A DNA stretch of 63,706 nt, filler included, from Octopus bimaculoides (GCF_001194135.2; 6 parts of 5 records of this genome joined end to end with filler, not necessarily neighbours in it); one strand, 5' to 3'; positions 25,724 through 39,425 are shown, counted from the first letter of the whole stretch. Translations and numbers: made by a program. Notes: a model not told the origin generated them from the letters alone.

Positions 25724-26222
25724 CTCTCTTTGTTATAATAGAGAGAAGAGAAACCTTTTATAATTCAGGTGATTAAGAAATTTTAGAATTAACTTGTAAT
25801 TTGAATACGTTATTTTTATTGTTTACACAGTTTCTATAATTTCTTACATTGCCACTCGTCAATCCGAGAAAGCCATGTAAATCACAGAATATTATTTCCA
25901 CTTAGATGTGAATTTTCATCCCAATGATCAATTTTCATGAAGTACCCATCCATCTCTCATTCTGTTGTTCCCGTATGTATGTATGTATGTATGTATGTAT
26001 GTATGTATGTATGTATGTATGTTTGTATGTATGTATGTATGTATGTATGTATGTATGTATGTATGTATGTTTGTATGTATGTATGTATGTATGTATGTAT
26101 GTATGTTTGTATGTATGTATGTNNNNNNNNNNNNNNNNNNNNNNNNNNNNNNNNNNNNNNNNNNNNTTAATTAATTAANNNNNNNNNNNNNNNNNNNNNN
26201 NNNNNNNNNNNNNNNNNNNNNN

Positions 26223-26459
26223 GTGGCACATAAAAGACACCATTTCGAGCGTGGCCGTTTTCGTGCGGGTGACACGTAAAAGCACCCACTACACTCTCTG
26301 AGTGGTTGGCGTTAGGAAGGGCATCCAGCTGTAGAAACTCTGCCAAATCAGACTGGAGCCTGGTGTTGCCATCCGGTTTCACCAGTCCTCAGTCAAATCG
26401 TCCAACCCATGCTAGCATGGAAAGCGGACGTTAAACGATGATGATGATGATGATCATGA
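26223..26459 (+). mobile_element. Short retroposon with an RTE-like tail ending in (GAT)n, family D
   Basis: GTGGCACGTAAAAGCACCCACTAC..AGGAAGGGCATCCAGCTGTAGAAAC..CCATGCTAGCATGGAAAGCGGACGTTAAACGATGATG; further copies at 29.5-29.9 and 39.0-39.3 kb. Confidence 0.85.
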
Positions 26460-26469
26460 TATATAGGTG

Positions 26470-26508
26470 TAAGAGTGGCTGTGTGGTAAGTAGCGTTGCT
26501 TACTCAAC
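26470..26508 (+). mobile_element. SINE family A head, 5' piece (split by the Tx1-like insertion)
   Basis: GAGTGGCTGTGTGGTAAGTAGC matches the intact head at 58525; the SINE resumes at 28668. Confidence 0.85.
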
Positions 26509-28667
26509 TTCCTGTCTTGCGCGTTGGTTACTTCCGGTACAGATTGGACGGATGTGTTTCAGCTCCGTCCAATGTTGAACCATTGAATGTTGAACCATTG
26601 AGAAGAACTGAAGAACTGTGTGGACGGGTGTCGTTTTGATACCGTCGAAAAATTGAACTATTGAGAAGCCAGCCGAGGTAGGTGGAATTGTCTTTTGAGC
26701 TAGGTATAATTTATTGTGTTTAATTTGTTTAAAATTTAGCCTAGCTCTGGGCAATTTCTTCTGCCACGGTGGCTGTATTTGTTGTTCATTTTTAGTGAGC
26801 AAATTGTGTTCTCGTTCGCTGTTATTGGTGGGCGTGTTCGACACACCATGAGAGCGGACTGAGAATTTTTTTTGTGAAAAAACTTTTTGTGTCTCACTTA
26901 ATTGAAAGAACTGTCACTTTTTGTGGGTGTATCTCGCCTCCGACTTGAGGAAGGAGTTCTAAGGATTTCTCTGTGTTCCTGTTGCTGTGGATTGCCTTTA
27001 CTGGAATACCTGCTAGGATTACCGAGTGCCCGGAATTGTGTTGCTGTGCCTTGAACTGTCTTCCTTCCTTCTTTTTCTCTGCTCTGTCTTTCTGTTCCTT
27101 TTTTATTTATTTATTTATTTATTTATTTATTTTTTACTGTGAACGTTTTTGTTCGAACTTTTCTTTGTTTTTTTTTAACTTTTGAAGGCATGGCAAAAAA
27201 GAACAACACTGTCTTGGAGTGGGAACTATGCCCACCAAGCAGTGGTTGAAAGAAATGGAGAAGAGGGCAGTAGTCATGCGGACCTATTGTAGGTCACGCA
27301 ATACCATTACCCTCTTCAACAAGGAGGTCATTGAAAAAGAGTTGGCAATTTGTTTGCCAACAAAGAAATATTTCATCTCCAGGGGGGTCAAATATGCAAC
27401 GGTGTGGTTGTTGTTCGACTCCCCTGAGGAAGCTGCTAATGCGGTAAGTCAGACTCTGCAGGGGGAGGAAATTTTGTTCCTCCCCTCTTACTGCGGAAGA
27501 AGAATAATTAGAGCCTGGGTTCATGGACTACCCCCAAGTTACAATGCCGAGTGGATCGCTGATACCATCCGGCAGGGCTTGGGGGACAGTGGACCCAGGC
27601 TCCTTAATGTGCACATGTCACCTGCGGTCAACTTGCAGGGCGCCAAGGAGACATTGACCTTGTGGTCCCCAGTGGCTGTAGGAGACATGTGCTTTCCGGA
27701 TTTTTTGAAGTTGGCCGGGACAAAGTACCCGGTTAATATTGAGGTTCGGCAACCGAGGTGCTATATGTGCCTGGAAGCTGGCCACATCAAAGAGAACTGC
27801 CCCCAGGGCCGTAATAAGGCCCTGGNNNNNNNNNNNNNNNNNNNNNNNNNNNNNNNNNNNNNNNNNNNNNNNNNGGAGACGGGTGCCTCCACGAAAAGAA
27901 AAAGAAAGGTGAACAACAATGGTTGCTCACCAGTTGAAACAGAGGTGGAGGGGGAGGTGAAGACCCCCTCGGGTGTGCCGAAGGAGGCCCTAACCCCCGA
28001 AACCTCTAAAAGGAAAAGGAGAAGGAAGAGAGGTGGGAAATGGCCGGCGGACGTTTATGTGCCGCCGACCGAACCAGTAACCCCTCCGGAGGGAAGTGTG
28101 CCATCGGAGAGGGAGGCCCTGTCAGCAGGAGTTATGCCGCTGGCAGGACAAGGTGAGATCCCCCCCTCTGAGGAGGAGGAAGAGTGTCTCCTCCTGTACC
28201 TCAGAGGTGGGGGGTTCACAAACACTTTAACTGCAAGTACGTAGAGAGATTCATCTCGGCCTGCGAAAGCAGTTCAAGGTGACCTCAGTAGGTGGCCGCA
28301 GCAGTGGTGACCAGCAGCGTCCGTGCTGGGGTGGCAGCCACCTGTAGTAGCCTCTCATATATGTGCTTCAGCACTGAGGCTGAACTGAACATGGAAAGCT
28401 GCCTGTGTGCGGCAGAAGGCCTGCTTGCAAGGCACATGAAGTGATTCAATTTGTATTTTTGTTATAAATATATGTATTTAACTCGAACAAATGTATTCGA
28501 GGGGTTATTGATCGGTGGGCGCCGGTGCCCCTCCCATTTTTATTTCAACCTCTTTTGTTATCACCCTCATCTCATTGATGTCCGTGTCCAGCCCGCAGCT
28601 ACTTTACGTTTGTCTGTCCTTGTTTGTCCCCTCTTTGTAAGGCCTTAATGGCCAATTTAATGAAATA
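26509..28667 (+). mobile_element. L1/Tx1-like non-autonomous retrotransposon: 5' UTR, ORF1 and 3' UTR, no recognisable ORF2
   Basis: Gag-like ORF1; 3' end TTTGTCTGTCCTTGTTTGTCCCCTCT..CCAATTTAATGAAATA. Flanked by the duplicated SINE segment AAGTAGC(G)TTGCTTA(C)TCAAC at 26488-26508 and 28668-28686. Confidence 0.8.
27219..28244 (+). CDS. Retrotransposon ORF1 (gag-like RNA-binding protein): RRM-like region, CCHC zinc knuckle, basic and Pro/Glu-rich tail
   Basis: 341-aa ORF crossing a short N gap. Contains CYMCLEAGHIKENC (CX2CX4HX4C), VWLLFDSPEEAANAV and VHGLPP RRM-like segments, and KRKRK / KRKRRRKRGGK basic clusters. An upstream out-of-frame ATG at 27190 suggests one indel. Confidence 0.8.
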   Translation: MGTMPTKQWLKEMEKRAVVMRTYCRSRNTITLFNKEVIEKELAICLPTKKYFISRGVKYATVWLLFDSPEEAANAVSQTLQGEEILFLPSYCGRRIIRAWVHGLPPSYNAEWIADTIRQGLGDSGPRLLNVHMSPAVNLQGAKETLTLWSPVAVGDMCFPDFLKLAGTKYPVNIEVRQPRCYMCLEAGHIKENCPQGRNKALXXXXXXXXXXXXXXXXXETGASTKRKRKVNNNGCSPVETEVEGEVKTPSGVPKEALTPETSKRKRRRKRGGKWPADVYVPPTEPVTPPEGSVPSEREALSAGVMPLAGQGEIPPSEEEEECLLLYLRGGGFTNTLTAST

Positions 28668-28810
28668 AAGTAGCTTGCTTATCAACCATATGGTCCAGGG
28701 TTCAGTCCCACTGCGTGGCACCTTGGGCAAGTGTCTTCTACTATAGCCTCGGGCCGACCAAAGCCTTGTGAGTGGATTTGGTAGACGGAAACTGAAAGAA
28801 GCCCGTCATA
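28668..28810 (+). mobile_element. SINE family A, continuation after the Tx1-like insertion
   Basis: AAGTAGCTTGCTTATCAACCATATGGTCCAGGGTTCAGTCCCACTGCGTGGCACCTTGGGCAAGTG.. collinear with 58539 onward, then the internal (TA)n tract. Confidence 0.9.
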
Positions 28811-28814
28811 TGTA

Positions 28815-28870
<56 letters not shown>

Positions 28871-29533
28871 TACATATATATGCATATAAATATATGTTTT
28901 ATACACACACACACACACACACACACATGTATGTGTGTGTGTAAATACAAACATAAAAAAATCAGGTTGTATGAGAGTGAATATAGATTTATTGAACCAT
29001 GTGACTTCCATAGGATTATGACTGTTATCTATGCATACACACACACATAGACATATGTATGTATGCACATACATACATACATACATACATACGTACGTAA
29101 ATACATACATACATACACGCATACACAGATACACAAATACCTTGCGCATTTGTACAGCTTTTGTCAATATATCTTGATGAAGTATGTGAACATTATCAAA
29201 GAAAAGCCAAAATAGAACTAAAACAGTCTCCTTTGAGTGACGTCTCTTGTGATATTTGTTCAGTGTCAAGTGAAATGCTACCTTGGCACTTTTGTCATTA
29301 GAAATATCATGAACCAGTGACTGGCTGTTGGAAACCTATAACCAATGATGCCTTGTTCATATTTTGTAATATAAAATCAATAAGTAAATAAATAAATGAA
29401 TGAATAAATAAATAAATATATTGGATGTGTGGTTAAGAAGTATGTGTGTGAGTGTGTGTATGTTTGTTTCTTCTTTTCTTGACATTGCATGGTAGTTGTA
29501 AATGAGTTTCACTGTGATACAAGCTGTGTCATT

Positions 29534-29935
29534 CATCATCATCATTATCATCATTGTTTAATGTTTGCCTTCCATGCTACCATGGGTTGGATGATTTGAC
29601 TGAGGACTGGCGAACAAGAAGGCTGCACCAGGCTCCAATCTGATCTGGCAGAGTTTCTACAGCTGGATGCCCTTCCTAACGCCAACCACTCCGAGAGTGT
29701 AGTGGGTGCATTTACGTGCCACCGGCACGAGGGCTAGTCAGGTGGTACTGGCAACAGCCACGCTCAAAATGGTATTTTTTACGTGCCACCTGCACAGGAG
29801 CCAGTCCAGCGGCACTGGCAATGACCTTGCTCGAATGTTTTTTCACGTGCCACCGGCACAAGTGCCAGTAAGGCAACGCTGGTAACGATCGTGTTCAAAT
29901 GGTGCTATTTACATGCCACCGGCACGGAAGCCAGA
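29534..29935 (-). mobile_element. Family D retroposon with internal tandem GCCGGTGGCACG repeats
   Basis: Reverse complement of the 26223-26459 and 38983-39314 family, with a (CAT)n tail at the left end. Confidence 0.85.
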
Positions 29936-32900
29936 GAGCATTGATAAGGGATGGCACAACAAAGAGGATGAGGTGGAACAAGCATGGTGAAAACAATAAC
30001 CTTAGTTCCACTATCATCCTCATTTCACAATCATTCATTTTTTAACATTCACTTTTCTATACTTACATGAGTTGANNNNNNNNNNNNNNNNNNNNNNNNN
30101 NNNNNNNNNNNNNNNNNNNNNNNNNNNNNNNNNNNNNNNNNNNNNNNNNNNNNNNNNNNNNNNNNNNNNNNNNNNNNNNNNNNNNNNNNNNNNNNNNNNN
30201 NNNNNNNNNNNNNNNNNNNNNNNNNNNNNNNNNNNNNNNNNNNNNNNNNNNNNNNNNNNNNNNNNNNNNNNNNNNNNNNNNNNNNNNNNNNNNNNNNNNN
30301 NNNNNNNNNNNNNNNNNNNNNNNNNNNNNNNNNNNNNNNNNNNNNNNNNNNNNNNNNNNNNNNNNNNNNNNNNNNNNNNNNNNNNNNNNNNNNNNNNNNN
30401 NNNNNNNNNNNNNNNNNNNNNNNNNNNNNNNNNNNNNNNNNNNNNNNNNNNNNNNNNNNNNNNNNNNNNNNNNNNNNNNNNNNNNNNNNNNNNNNNNNNN
30501 NNNNNNNNNNNNNNNNNNNNNNNNNNNNNNNNNNNNNNNNNNNNNNNNNNNNNNNNNNNNNNNNNNNNNNNNNNNNNNNNNNNNNNNNNNNNNNNNNNNN
30601 NNNNNNNNNNNNNNNNNNNNNNNNNNNNNNNNNNNNNNNNNNNNNNNNNNNNNNNNNNNNNNNNNNNNNNNNNNNNNNNNNNNNNNNNNNNNNNNNNNNN
30701 NNNNNNNNNNNNNNNNNNNNNNNNNNNNNNNNNNNNNNNNNNNNNNNNNNNNNNNNNNNNNNNNNNNNNNNNNNNNNNNNNNNNNNNNNNNNNNNNNNNN
30801 NNNNNNNNNNNNNNNNNNNNNNNNNNNNNNNNNNNNNNNNNNNNNNNNNNNNNNNNNNNNNNNNGAGCATTGATAAGGGATGGCACAACAAAGAGGATGA
30901 GGTGGAACAAGCATGGTGAAAACAATAACCTTAGTTCCACTATCATCCTCATTTCACAATCATTCATTTTTTAACATTCACTTTTCTATACTTACATGAG
31001 TTGAAGGGGTTTATTAATGAGATTTGTTCTCAACACTTTCTTCAACCATAGTCACTCTCTACTAAAAGTAAGAAACAACACTTTTTCTTACAACACTTTT
31101 TCTTACAACTTTTCCATACCTTTGGAACAACCTCTTTTGCCTACATAAAACTATACCTTGAAGCCTTAATTTACTTCATGCAAGTTAATATAATGCATTT
31201 AAGATCGCCACAGATAATCAGCTTCATACTTGTTGCATGCATTTCATACAGTCTGAATTTTTTTTATACATAAAAACGTTTGTTCTCAAAACACTTACAA
31301 CCCTTGAACTTTTATTTTATCAACTTTATTTTCACTACAACTAATCTATGGTTCTAGCAAACTATGATTGGATTATGGACATAAATATATTCTCATGTGT
31401 ACAGAAATAAATATATTATATGTCTAGAACATAGACACTCAGAATAATTGATTTTCTGGACTAACTTAGTGAGAAAAATCTTTAAAATAAATAATGACTT
31501 GTTAGGTTTATTATATATCAAAAGCCACAAATGTTGCTTAATCTGAGCTTAGTCAAATTTGCACTTGACATCTGCTGTATTATTATAGTTTGACTGACAG
31601 TAAATTTATAACTTGTTCTGCTAGCTATCTTAGGTTCTATCTTGATAGAGTTGATAGACTTGGCTTAATTTTATTGGCTGGTTTTCCTCATAACAAATGT
31701 ATCATATATCAATAATAAGATGTAAAATGTATTTTTTGTTGATAAAATATTCATTTGTTTGTATGATGTAAGACTTCATAGTTGAGAATTTTAAATTAAG
31801 AAAACAAGGGTCTAATATATTTAAAGTTTAGGATTTCTGGACTTAAAATAAGTATGAAAATAATAAACTATTAGAAATTGTTCTATCAGGTTATATGAAC
31901 TGAGTTTTCTTTTTAGCACTGCGCTGGGTTTATATCAAAATGTTTAATTTATGTGATGTGAAGGAGGTAAAAGACGGAAGCAAAGAGAGAATTGTGGTAG
32001 CCTTACCTGTTGGTCTGGAAAAGGGTCACTTTCAACGTCCACATGCTCTGTCTCGATCTGCAAGATTCACTTAACATCCACGTGTGCTATTCGTCGCTGT
32101 ACAGTCAAACACATCTGCTCTGATGCACTGTCTGCCACCAACTAACCGCTCATGCCTCCCTGATCCCACATGCCCACCATACCCCTTCCAGCAGGACCCA
32201 CAGGCCCCACCTCCGACAGGACATGCCTACTCCCTCACTTCCAGTCCTTCCCTACAACACAGCCTGGCTCATAATACCACATGCCCTCCCCCTCATCTGA
32301 AGATCATTCAACCAACCTGCCTACACTCTCTCCTCAACCCTGCTTGATCAGGGCTAACCTGGGGCTAAACAACAACAAAAATATTCTCTATATTATGAAG
32401 GAATATTTCATTACCTTATAAAACTGACCTAAAGTTTTCCACTGTACAACCGGATACCAAATGGAATGTGACTAGTAGCATTATAGATGACAACCATACA
32501 ATTAAGATGGCTTGAGTTGAGTCACTAATGGCTTATAGTAGCAATTTAATTTTGTGATTCTCTTCTGAAAAGGGAAATTATATTCATGGACTTACTTTGT
32601 GATTAAACTAGTTTAATTGTTTTTGCATCTCAAGAAAGTCATTGTGGCAATGACAAACATGCACTGGTGCAATTTCACATATTTTATTATTATTGGTCAG
32701 TTAGCTAACCATGGACTCTGATGAACCTGGTTGATTGATTAACTGACCGAACAATTAATCAAACAATCAATTAGTTAATTGGTTAAATGGTTAACTAATT
32801 GACTAATAATAATAAAACATGAAGTGAATTAGAACCATGGAGTTGCTTATTGACCTGAGAGACAACAAAATGTTTCAACACATGAGTTGACATCAAGAAT

Positions 32901-34079
32901 CTTGTAAAGCAAGTACAAAAACCAAATTATTTAATTGAATTTTCAACCAATCAGCTATTAGTATGCTGTTGTATCAACAGGTACACCTAATTGCTGATAT
33001 CAGTGGCATACATAAACAGTTCAGTGGACACAGCAGACATTAAGCAGTCAACACAGCTTTGAATTGATCAAACTATGCTAGTATGGAAGACAGACATAAA
33101 ATGATGATGATGAGGATGGTGAAGTATGTCAGTATTAAGTCATATCACCATGTAATCTGTTTTCTAATATCAAAACTGAAATTCCTTTCATCATGTTGTG
33201 TTCTACTAAAAGAGAAACCACGACTACTAATATTTGTCTTACCTTTATTAGACAGAATAAGAGCTATGGACAAGCTGTATACTGGAATTGGGATAACGAT
33301 ACACTTATATATGTTTTATCTCTCTTGTACTTTTCCATCCACTCCACTTTACTATATATCTCAATGGGTAGCCCTAACTCTCCTCTTACTCAGCCCTCCT
33401 CACTGTGCTTTTTTCACTCTCTAACTCTCCCTAACTAAAATGCACTGATACTGCTCTTTCTCTTTTCCCTCTATTACTTCCTTCCTTAACACTGTTGGTA
33501 TCTTCATTAACACCCTCTGCCCCTTCCACCAAACTTTAACTTCTAAACACATTGTCTAAAATCTCCACCCTTTTTTTCTTAATCTCCCTCACTGACATAT
33601 CTTGCAAATTGCAAGGTCACCTCACGATGTTGGTGCCATAAAATAGTACCCAATACTTTCAGTAAAAGCGGGTGACATCAAGAAGGAAATTCAGTCATAG
33701 CAACCATGCTAAAATTGAAACACTGGAGCATGACTGGATCCACCAACTTATTTATATCCTGTCAAAATGTCTGAGCCAGTATGGAAAGCGGGCAGCAAAT
33801 GATGAAAATAATGATGATGATGTATATATGTTTTATGTAGTAAAGTACCTACTAGCATATTTAATGTTGAAAATAAGAAGACCTGGACAAATCAAAAATG
33901 ATTCTCAAATTAAGGAAAGGTAAAAATTGGATTAAAACTTAAATCAGTCTGTGAATGAATGTGTATTAGTAATTTCTTATATATATTTATGTTTATCAAT
34001 TTTTTATTACTGTTCATTAGTATGCATATATTTGAAATCATCAAACTTTATTTTTGTTAATTTATTGCTAGACATGATT

Positions 34080-34530
34080 AATTACATCATCATTTTTACA
34101 TCTGCTTTTCCATACTTGCTTGGATTGGATGGGTCTTTTCCAACACTGTGTATCACCATTTGTTACCTTGTTTTGTCATCTTTTGTTTGAGGCTCAACAC
34201 CCTGAAATTAGCTTTCATGGTTTTTTCTCATTTCTTCTTTGGTCTTGGATATCCTGGCACTTCTTTATCCATCTGCTATTTTCCATATGCATCCCACATC
34301 CATACCAATGTAATCTTCATTCCTGCACATTACTATTGATTCTTCTTACATCTAGTTTATCTCGTAGTTTATCTTTACCACATTGTTCATACATACTTAC
34401 ATTACACATCCAGCACAGCATGCCTGTCTAACATCTCTCCATCTTTGCACATTTTGTCTTCAATCCCTGACATTTCATTACCATGCAGCACCAAACTTTA
34501 TGCACAAGTAACATAAAATTTACCCTTACA
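34080..34530 (-). mobile_element. RTE-clade LINE, decayed C-terminal fragment
   Basis: Minus-strand LYVTCA*SLVLHGNE...HWYG..ME.SRWIKKC resembles the RTE post-RT pattern (LY.ACV.S..LHGSETW..LRWYGHV.R). Confidence 0.7.
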
Positions 34531-35750
34531 AAGAGTGAATCTTCTAATTGCTAAAGTGTTATATTATATTTTTTATTATACACTGATGTCTTAGTCTGCT
34601 TTTTTATACTTAAACCAAAATTATTTTCTGCAAGTTCATCAAATATATAATTGTATATCTTAAGAAGTCAATATTTAGAGCAGTGTTGATATGATTCATT
34701 GAACAAAAAGTGGACAACCATGATTTACAATTAAGAATGTTTGAAATATTAAGGAACAAAGTCTGAAACAATCAACTCATTTTTGTTTAAAGTATAATAA
34801 ATAAAACATTAAGATGAATTTGACATTTATTTCTGAGTTGTGTTGTTACTCTGGTATGATCTATAATAGATCCACTGCTTCAGATATACAATATCTAGTT
34901 GAAGACTACATAGTACATTCTGACATGTTATGGCTAAGGCTAATTGTGTCTTGCACAGTGTTGTAATCTGTACTATCCAGTCTGTTACTGTATGTTTGTA
35001 GTTTAGTCAAAGCCAATCCTAAATAATCAAACCTATGATCAAAAATATTCCAGCTGTTACCATCTCACTTTTCTTTGTATACACTGGACTATATTAGTCA
35101 ATGTGTTTTTTTACCTCTAGGACATTAGGATGTGAACTGAAGGAATTTAGCAGCTATTTCTAGTAGATTGAGAGATTGCATTGAATTTTCATTTTACTTG
35201 TAGGTTTTCAATGTGTGCTGTTGGGCAAAATGGATTTGGCCTAAGTGTAACAATTGCTGCTCATCTTCATTATCTCAGGCATTCAAGCATTGTTTAAGGC
35301 CAGGCATAGGCACACCATTAGGCCGGTTACTACAAAAAAAATTCAAGGTAGTTCTTTGTTTGGGATGCTTTTTAGAAAGACCCATGAGTCATAAGTTGCT
35401 CATTACTTTTTTTTAGGCACGAGTGAAATAACTGATGCAGTTGCTGTTATTTCAGGGCATGTGAGCTGTTTGAAGTTGTCTGAAGTACAAAGGAAGAATT
35501 AGTTGTTCTTAGGATTATGTTGTAGGATCAACTGTTTTTCATTTGATCAGGCAGACCAGTGATCAACAATAGTCAAGTCATGACTATCTCAGCTTACTTT
35601 CAGCTGGTCTATTTAGGTTTATAGTTTTAGGGTGAAATTTGATGGTCATTTGGCTGAGATTTCTAATAGATCAAAAAGTCAAACTGCGACAAAGTTACAC
35701 CTTTGTAGATTTGTTTGTGTTACGATAGATGTTCTACAAGATGAGCACGG

Positions 35751-35866
<116 letters not shown>

Positions 35867-36005
35867 CTAAAAATATAATCTATCTTTATGGTTATATTGT
35901 GAAAGTCTTTTTATGTTTGTTTGAAGCCTGTGTTGTGCTGAAAAGATTTGCACTCAAAATTCCCGTATTTTTAATCATAACTTGTTAGATACTGTGGTGA
36001 CAACA

Positions 36006-36043
<38 letters not shown>

Positions 36044-36354
36044 CACTATTTTCTCTCAACAGCAACAACTTTTTCACTTCCTCTTCTTTCACTCTCTCAT
36101 ATATATCTTATGACAGACAGACAGAGATCAGCTTCTCTTTTATAATATAAGATTATAGAGATATTTTATATGATTCTTGGTATTTTTATCTGCTGCACAT
36201 ACATATACATGTATATGCATGTGGTATATTTATGTTGATTATGTTTATCTTGTTTTACATATTCCTTCCCCTTTGTGTAGTTCCTGGTAGCTGGTTTTGA
36301 AAAGTGCTTGAAAATGAAGTTTGTTTGCCATCAGAGTGTGAATATATTATTTTC

Positions 36355-36480
36355 TGCTCTAGGCACAAGGCCTGAAATTTTGGGGGTGGGCCAGTCAATT
36401 AGATTGACCCCAGTACGCAACTGGTACTTAATTTATCGATCCCAAGCTGAAAGGCAAAGTTGACCATGGCGGAATTTGAG
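36355..36480 (-). mobile_element. SINE family B, 5'-truncated
   Basis: CTCTAGGCACAAGGCCTGAAATTTTGGG..GTACGCAACTGGTACTTAATTTATCGA..AAAGGCAAAGT, as at 44.1 kb. Confidence 0.85.
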
Positions 36481-38415
36481 AGAGTGAATATATTGCCTGA
36501 AGTTGTTACTTGTGGTATGACAATGCCATTGTTAGTGTTGTTGATGCAGCTCATTACTTTGTATAGTGTTTTACTGCTTGTCTTCTTGTTTATGTTGGAT
36601 ATGAACATTTATTAGTTTTTTTCCCTTATTTTTCTTTGATTTGTTTTCTTTGTTTAGTTTCATGATACTGAGTTGTATTTTTCTTGATTGTGATGTTGGC
36701 TGGTTGTCTGAAGTTATTCTTAACTTATTGCATTTTAGGATTGTATTCCAGAGTTAAAGTTAAGTTTTCCATTTTTTTTTTATGGTGGTAAATTGTAGTT
36801 TGGTGGAAATTGGACTTTTAATGATAGCTGCTCTACTGCCTATGTTGAGTCTCCCTTTTGGGTTTATCATTTTGCATCTTAATTTATGAAGTGCAATACC
36901 AATGAAATAAAATGTTCTGCAACTGTTCATCTTGTGAATTCACACTTTACTAGGGCTATTGTTTTGTGCTATGAAATTCTATAAAATTCTGCTTCTCAAC
37001 TGGACTACTTTTGAACATCTAAGGTTCAGGAAAGGATTAACTTAACTTTTCTTGTATCAGGATAATTGTGTTGGAGGAAATTGTGTTGCTGGAATTGATA
37101 CTTTTTTAATGATAAAATTTGACACAACAATTGCAAAGATCAAATCTTACTTTACTTGATTTACCATTTTCATATTTGTGATGTAAACAAATTTCATCCC
37201 AGATTAACCTAAAAGAGAAGAATGACTGACTTATGATGTATTGAAGGAATTAACTACTATTACTGTTGTTATTGTTGTTCTTGTTATTGGGCCGATCTAG
37301 TCAGTTTTACACAAGAAAAAAAAAACCCTTCATGTTTATTTTTTTATTTTATAAGTTAGCCAGGGAAAAAGGAGCAGCACTTAGGATAACTTGCAGACCT
37401 TTTAAGTTAGAGAATTTGATGTGCATGATTATTAGGCTGAATGCATGCAGGGAAATGTTGCTGAGAAAAGAACTGAGGTCTGATTCAAATATTGACGGAG
37501 TGAATTCTACTAAAAACATCCCAGAACCAGATGGTAGTTGCTAATCAAATGTAACATCGTAACTGTGCCCAACTTCAAATCTAAGCTTTTCATTTTTAGA
37601 ATGCAAGAAGTTTGTTAAGAGAAGTTTAGAAGCTTCATTGAGTTGGTCAAGCAACTAAACTAAAACTTTTTGTCATTTTAGTCTACCTGATTATAAAATG
37701 GCACCATGGAAGTTTATCTGATTGTACCATGGAATAGTACAATCCAATGCTAATTTTAGACCAGAATCTACAATCACTTTGGTTAGTCAAGGTATTATAC
37801 ACAGGTTTTAATTCTAACTGTGCATATAACAGTCAGAATTTGATGGTTGATATGCAACAGCCCATTCATGTTAAAATCATCATGTACAGAACACCAACTG
37901 CCAGGAAAGCAAACTATTTGATAACTTGGGAATCCTTAAAAAAATCTTAATTTTTTTAAATAATACTTATTGTCTTTTTTCAAGTGATTTTGACACAAAA
38001 TGTCTTAATTGATAATAATTACACCTCTTTTACTGATGCATTACTAATCCCAGCCAATGAACCTGTCACCTCCTTTAATTTAGACAAAGTTTTATGAGTA
38101 GGCTGATGTTTTAACATTTGATATGATTAAAAAGAAAGAATCTGTTCTTCAGAAAATAGTATCAGTTTTCATATTCTTTAAGATATTGTTTGAAAAAAAA
38201 AAAACAAAAAAAAAAACAAAAGTCAAAAAGCAAAAACATACAAGCAAAAGATATAAAGGATAAAAAACAAACAAAACAACAAATAGTAAGAAGACTTGTT
38301 TTAGTGCATATCAATTTCACCTATATCATGATTACAGTGAAAAAGCAGATTTACTTCAATAAATCACCAAATACTTTTGTGTGTGTGTGTGTGTGTGTGT
38401 GTATACATACATACA

Positions 38416-38448
<33 letters not shown>

Positions 38449-38982
38449 GTGTGTGTGTATTTGACATTTTAGGAGTAAATCAAATAAGATCAGAGCTGTT
38501 TGCTATAATTTTCAGAATATGTCAGACCTCAGTTCTGGCTCTTGTCCTATTAGTCCACCTATGCATTTACAAGCCAAAGAGGTAGGTATTCGTAGTTGGT
38601 TACCTCCTACAAATGACAGCTAATCTTCTCTCAAAACATATGCTATGCCTGGAAAAAAAAATAAAGAGTAGACGGTCATGACTAGAATGCCTATGTTCCA
38701 GTATCTTCTCAATTAGAAGTGATCTGAGGTTAAACAAGAACAACAACAATGGCAGAAGCAATCTATACATTCAGCTATTAACTTCACACACTTCATTTCA
38801 GTGTACACATACACACACACACCAATGCAGATGACTATCAAGCCAATCTAGGAATCTCTACATATTAGAGTGAACTTTAGAAACAGCAACCGAACCTCTA
38901 CCAAAGTACAACCTACTGTCTTGAGAAAATGGAGGGATATATTAGACAATATACTATGCCAAATAGATATATTAGACAATAT

Positions 38983-39314
38983 GCACTTCTAGCACTTGTG
39001 CTGGTGGCACGTTAGAAAATCATTTGAGCGAGGTCGTTGCCAGTACCGCTGGACTGGTTCCCGTGCAGGTGGCACGTAAAAAACACCTTTTTGAGCGTGG
39101 CTATTGCCAGTACCGTGTGACTGGCCCTCGTGCCGGTGGCACGTAAAAGCACCCACTATGCTCTCGGAGTGGTTGGCATTAGGAAGGGCATCCAGCTGTA
39201 GAAACTCTGCCAGATCAGATTGGAGCCTGGTGCAGCTTTCTGGCTTGCCAGTCCTCAGTCAAATCGCCCAACCCATGCTAGCATGGAAAGCAGACGTTAA
39301 ACAATGATGATGAT
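38983..39314 (+). mobile_element. Family D retroposon
   Basis: Same body and (GAT)n tail as 26223-26459. Confidence 0.85.
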
Positions 39315-39425
39315 ATATNNNNNNNNNNNNNNNNNNNNNNNNNNNNNNNNNNNNNNNNNNNNTTAATTAATTAANNNNNNNNNNNNNNNNNNNNNNNNNN
39401 NNNNNNNNNNNNNNNNNNCAATATA

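Noticed and set aside
29936-31004. Identical 140-bp direct repeat (29936-30075 and 30865-31004) resembling LTRs
   Set aside because: The copies flank an N gap exactly and are 100% identical, with no TG..CA ends; most likely an unmerged contig overlap.
32980-33125. Candidate exon after gtatcaacag ending at GAA|gtatgt
   Set aside because: Stops in all three frames; at best non-coding, and unsupported.
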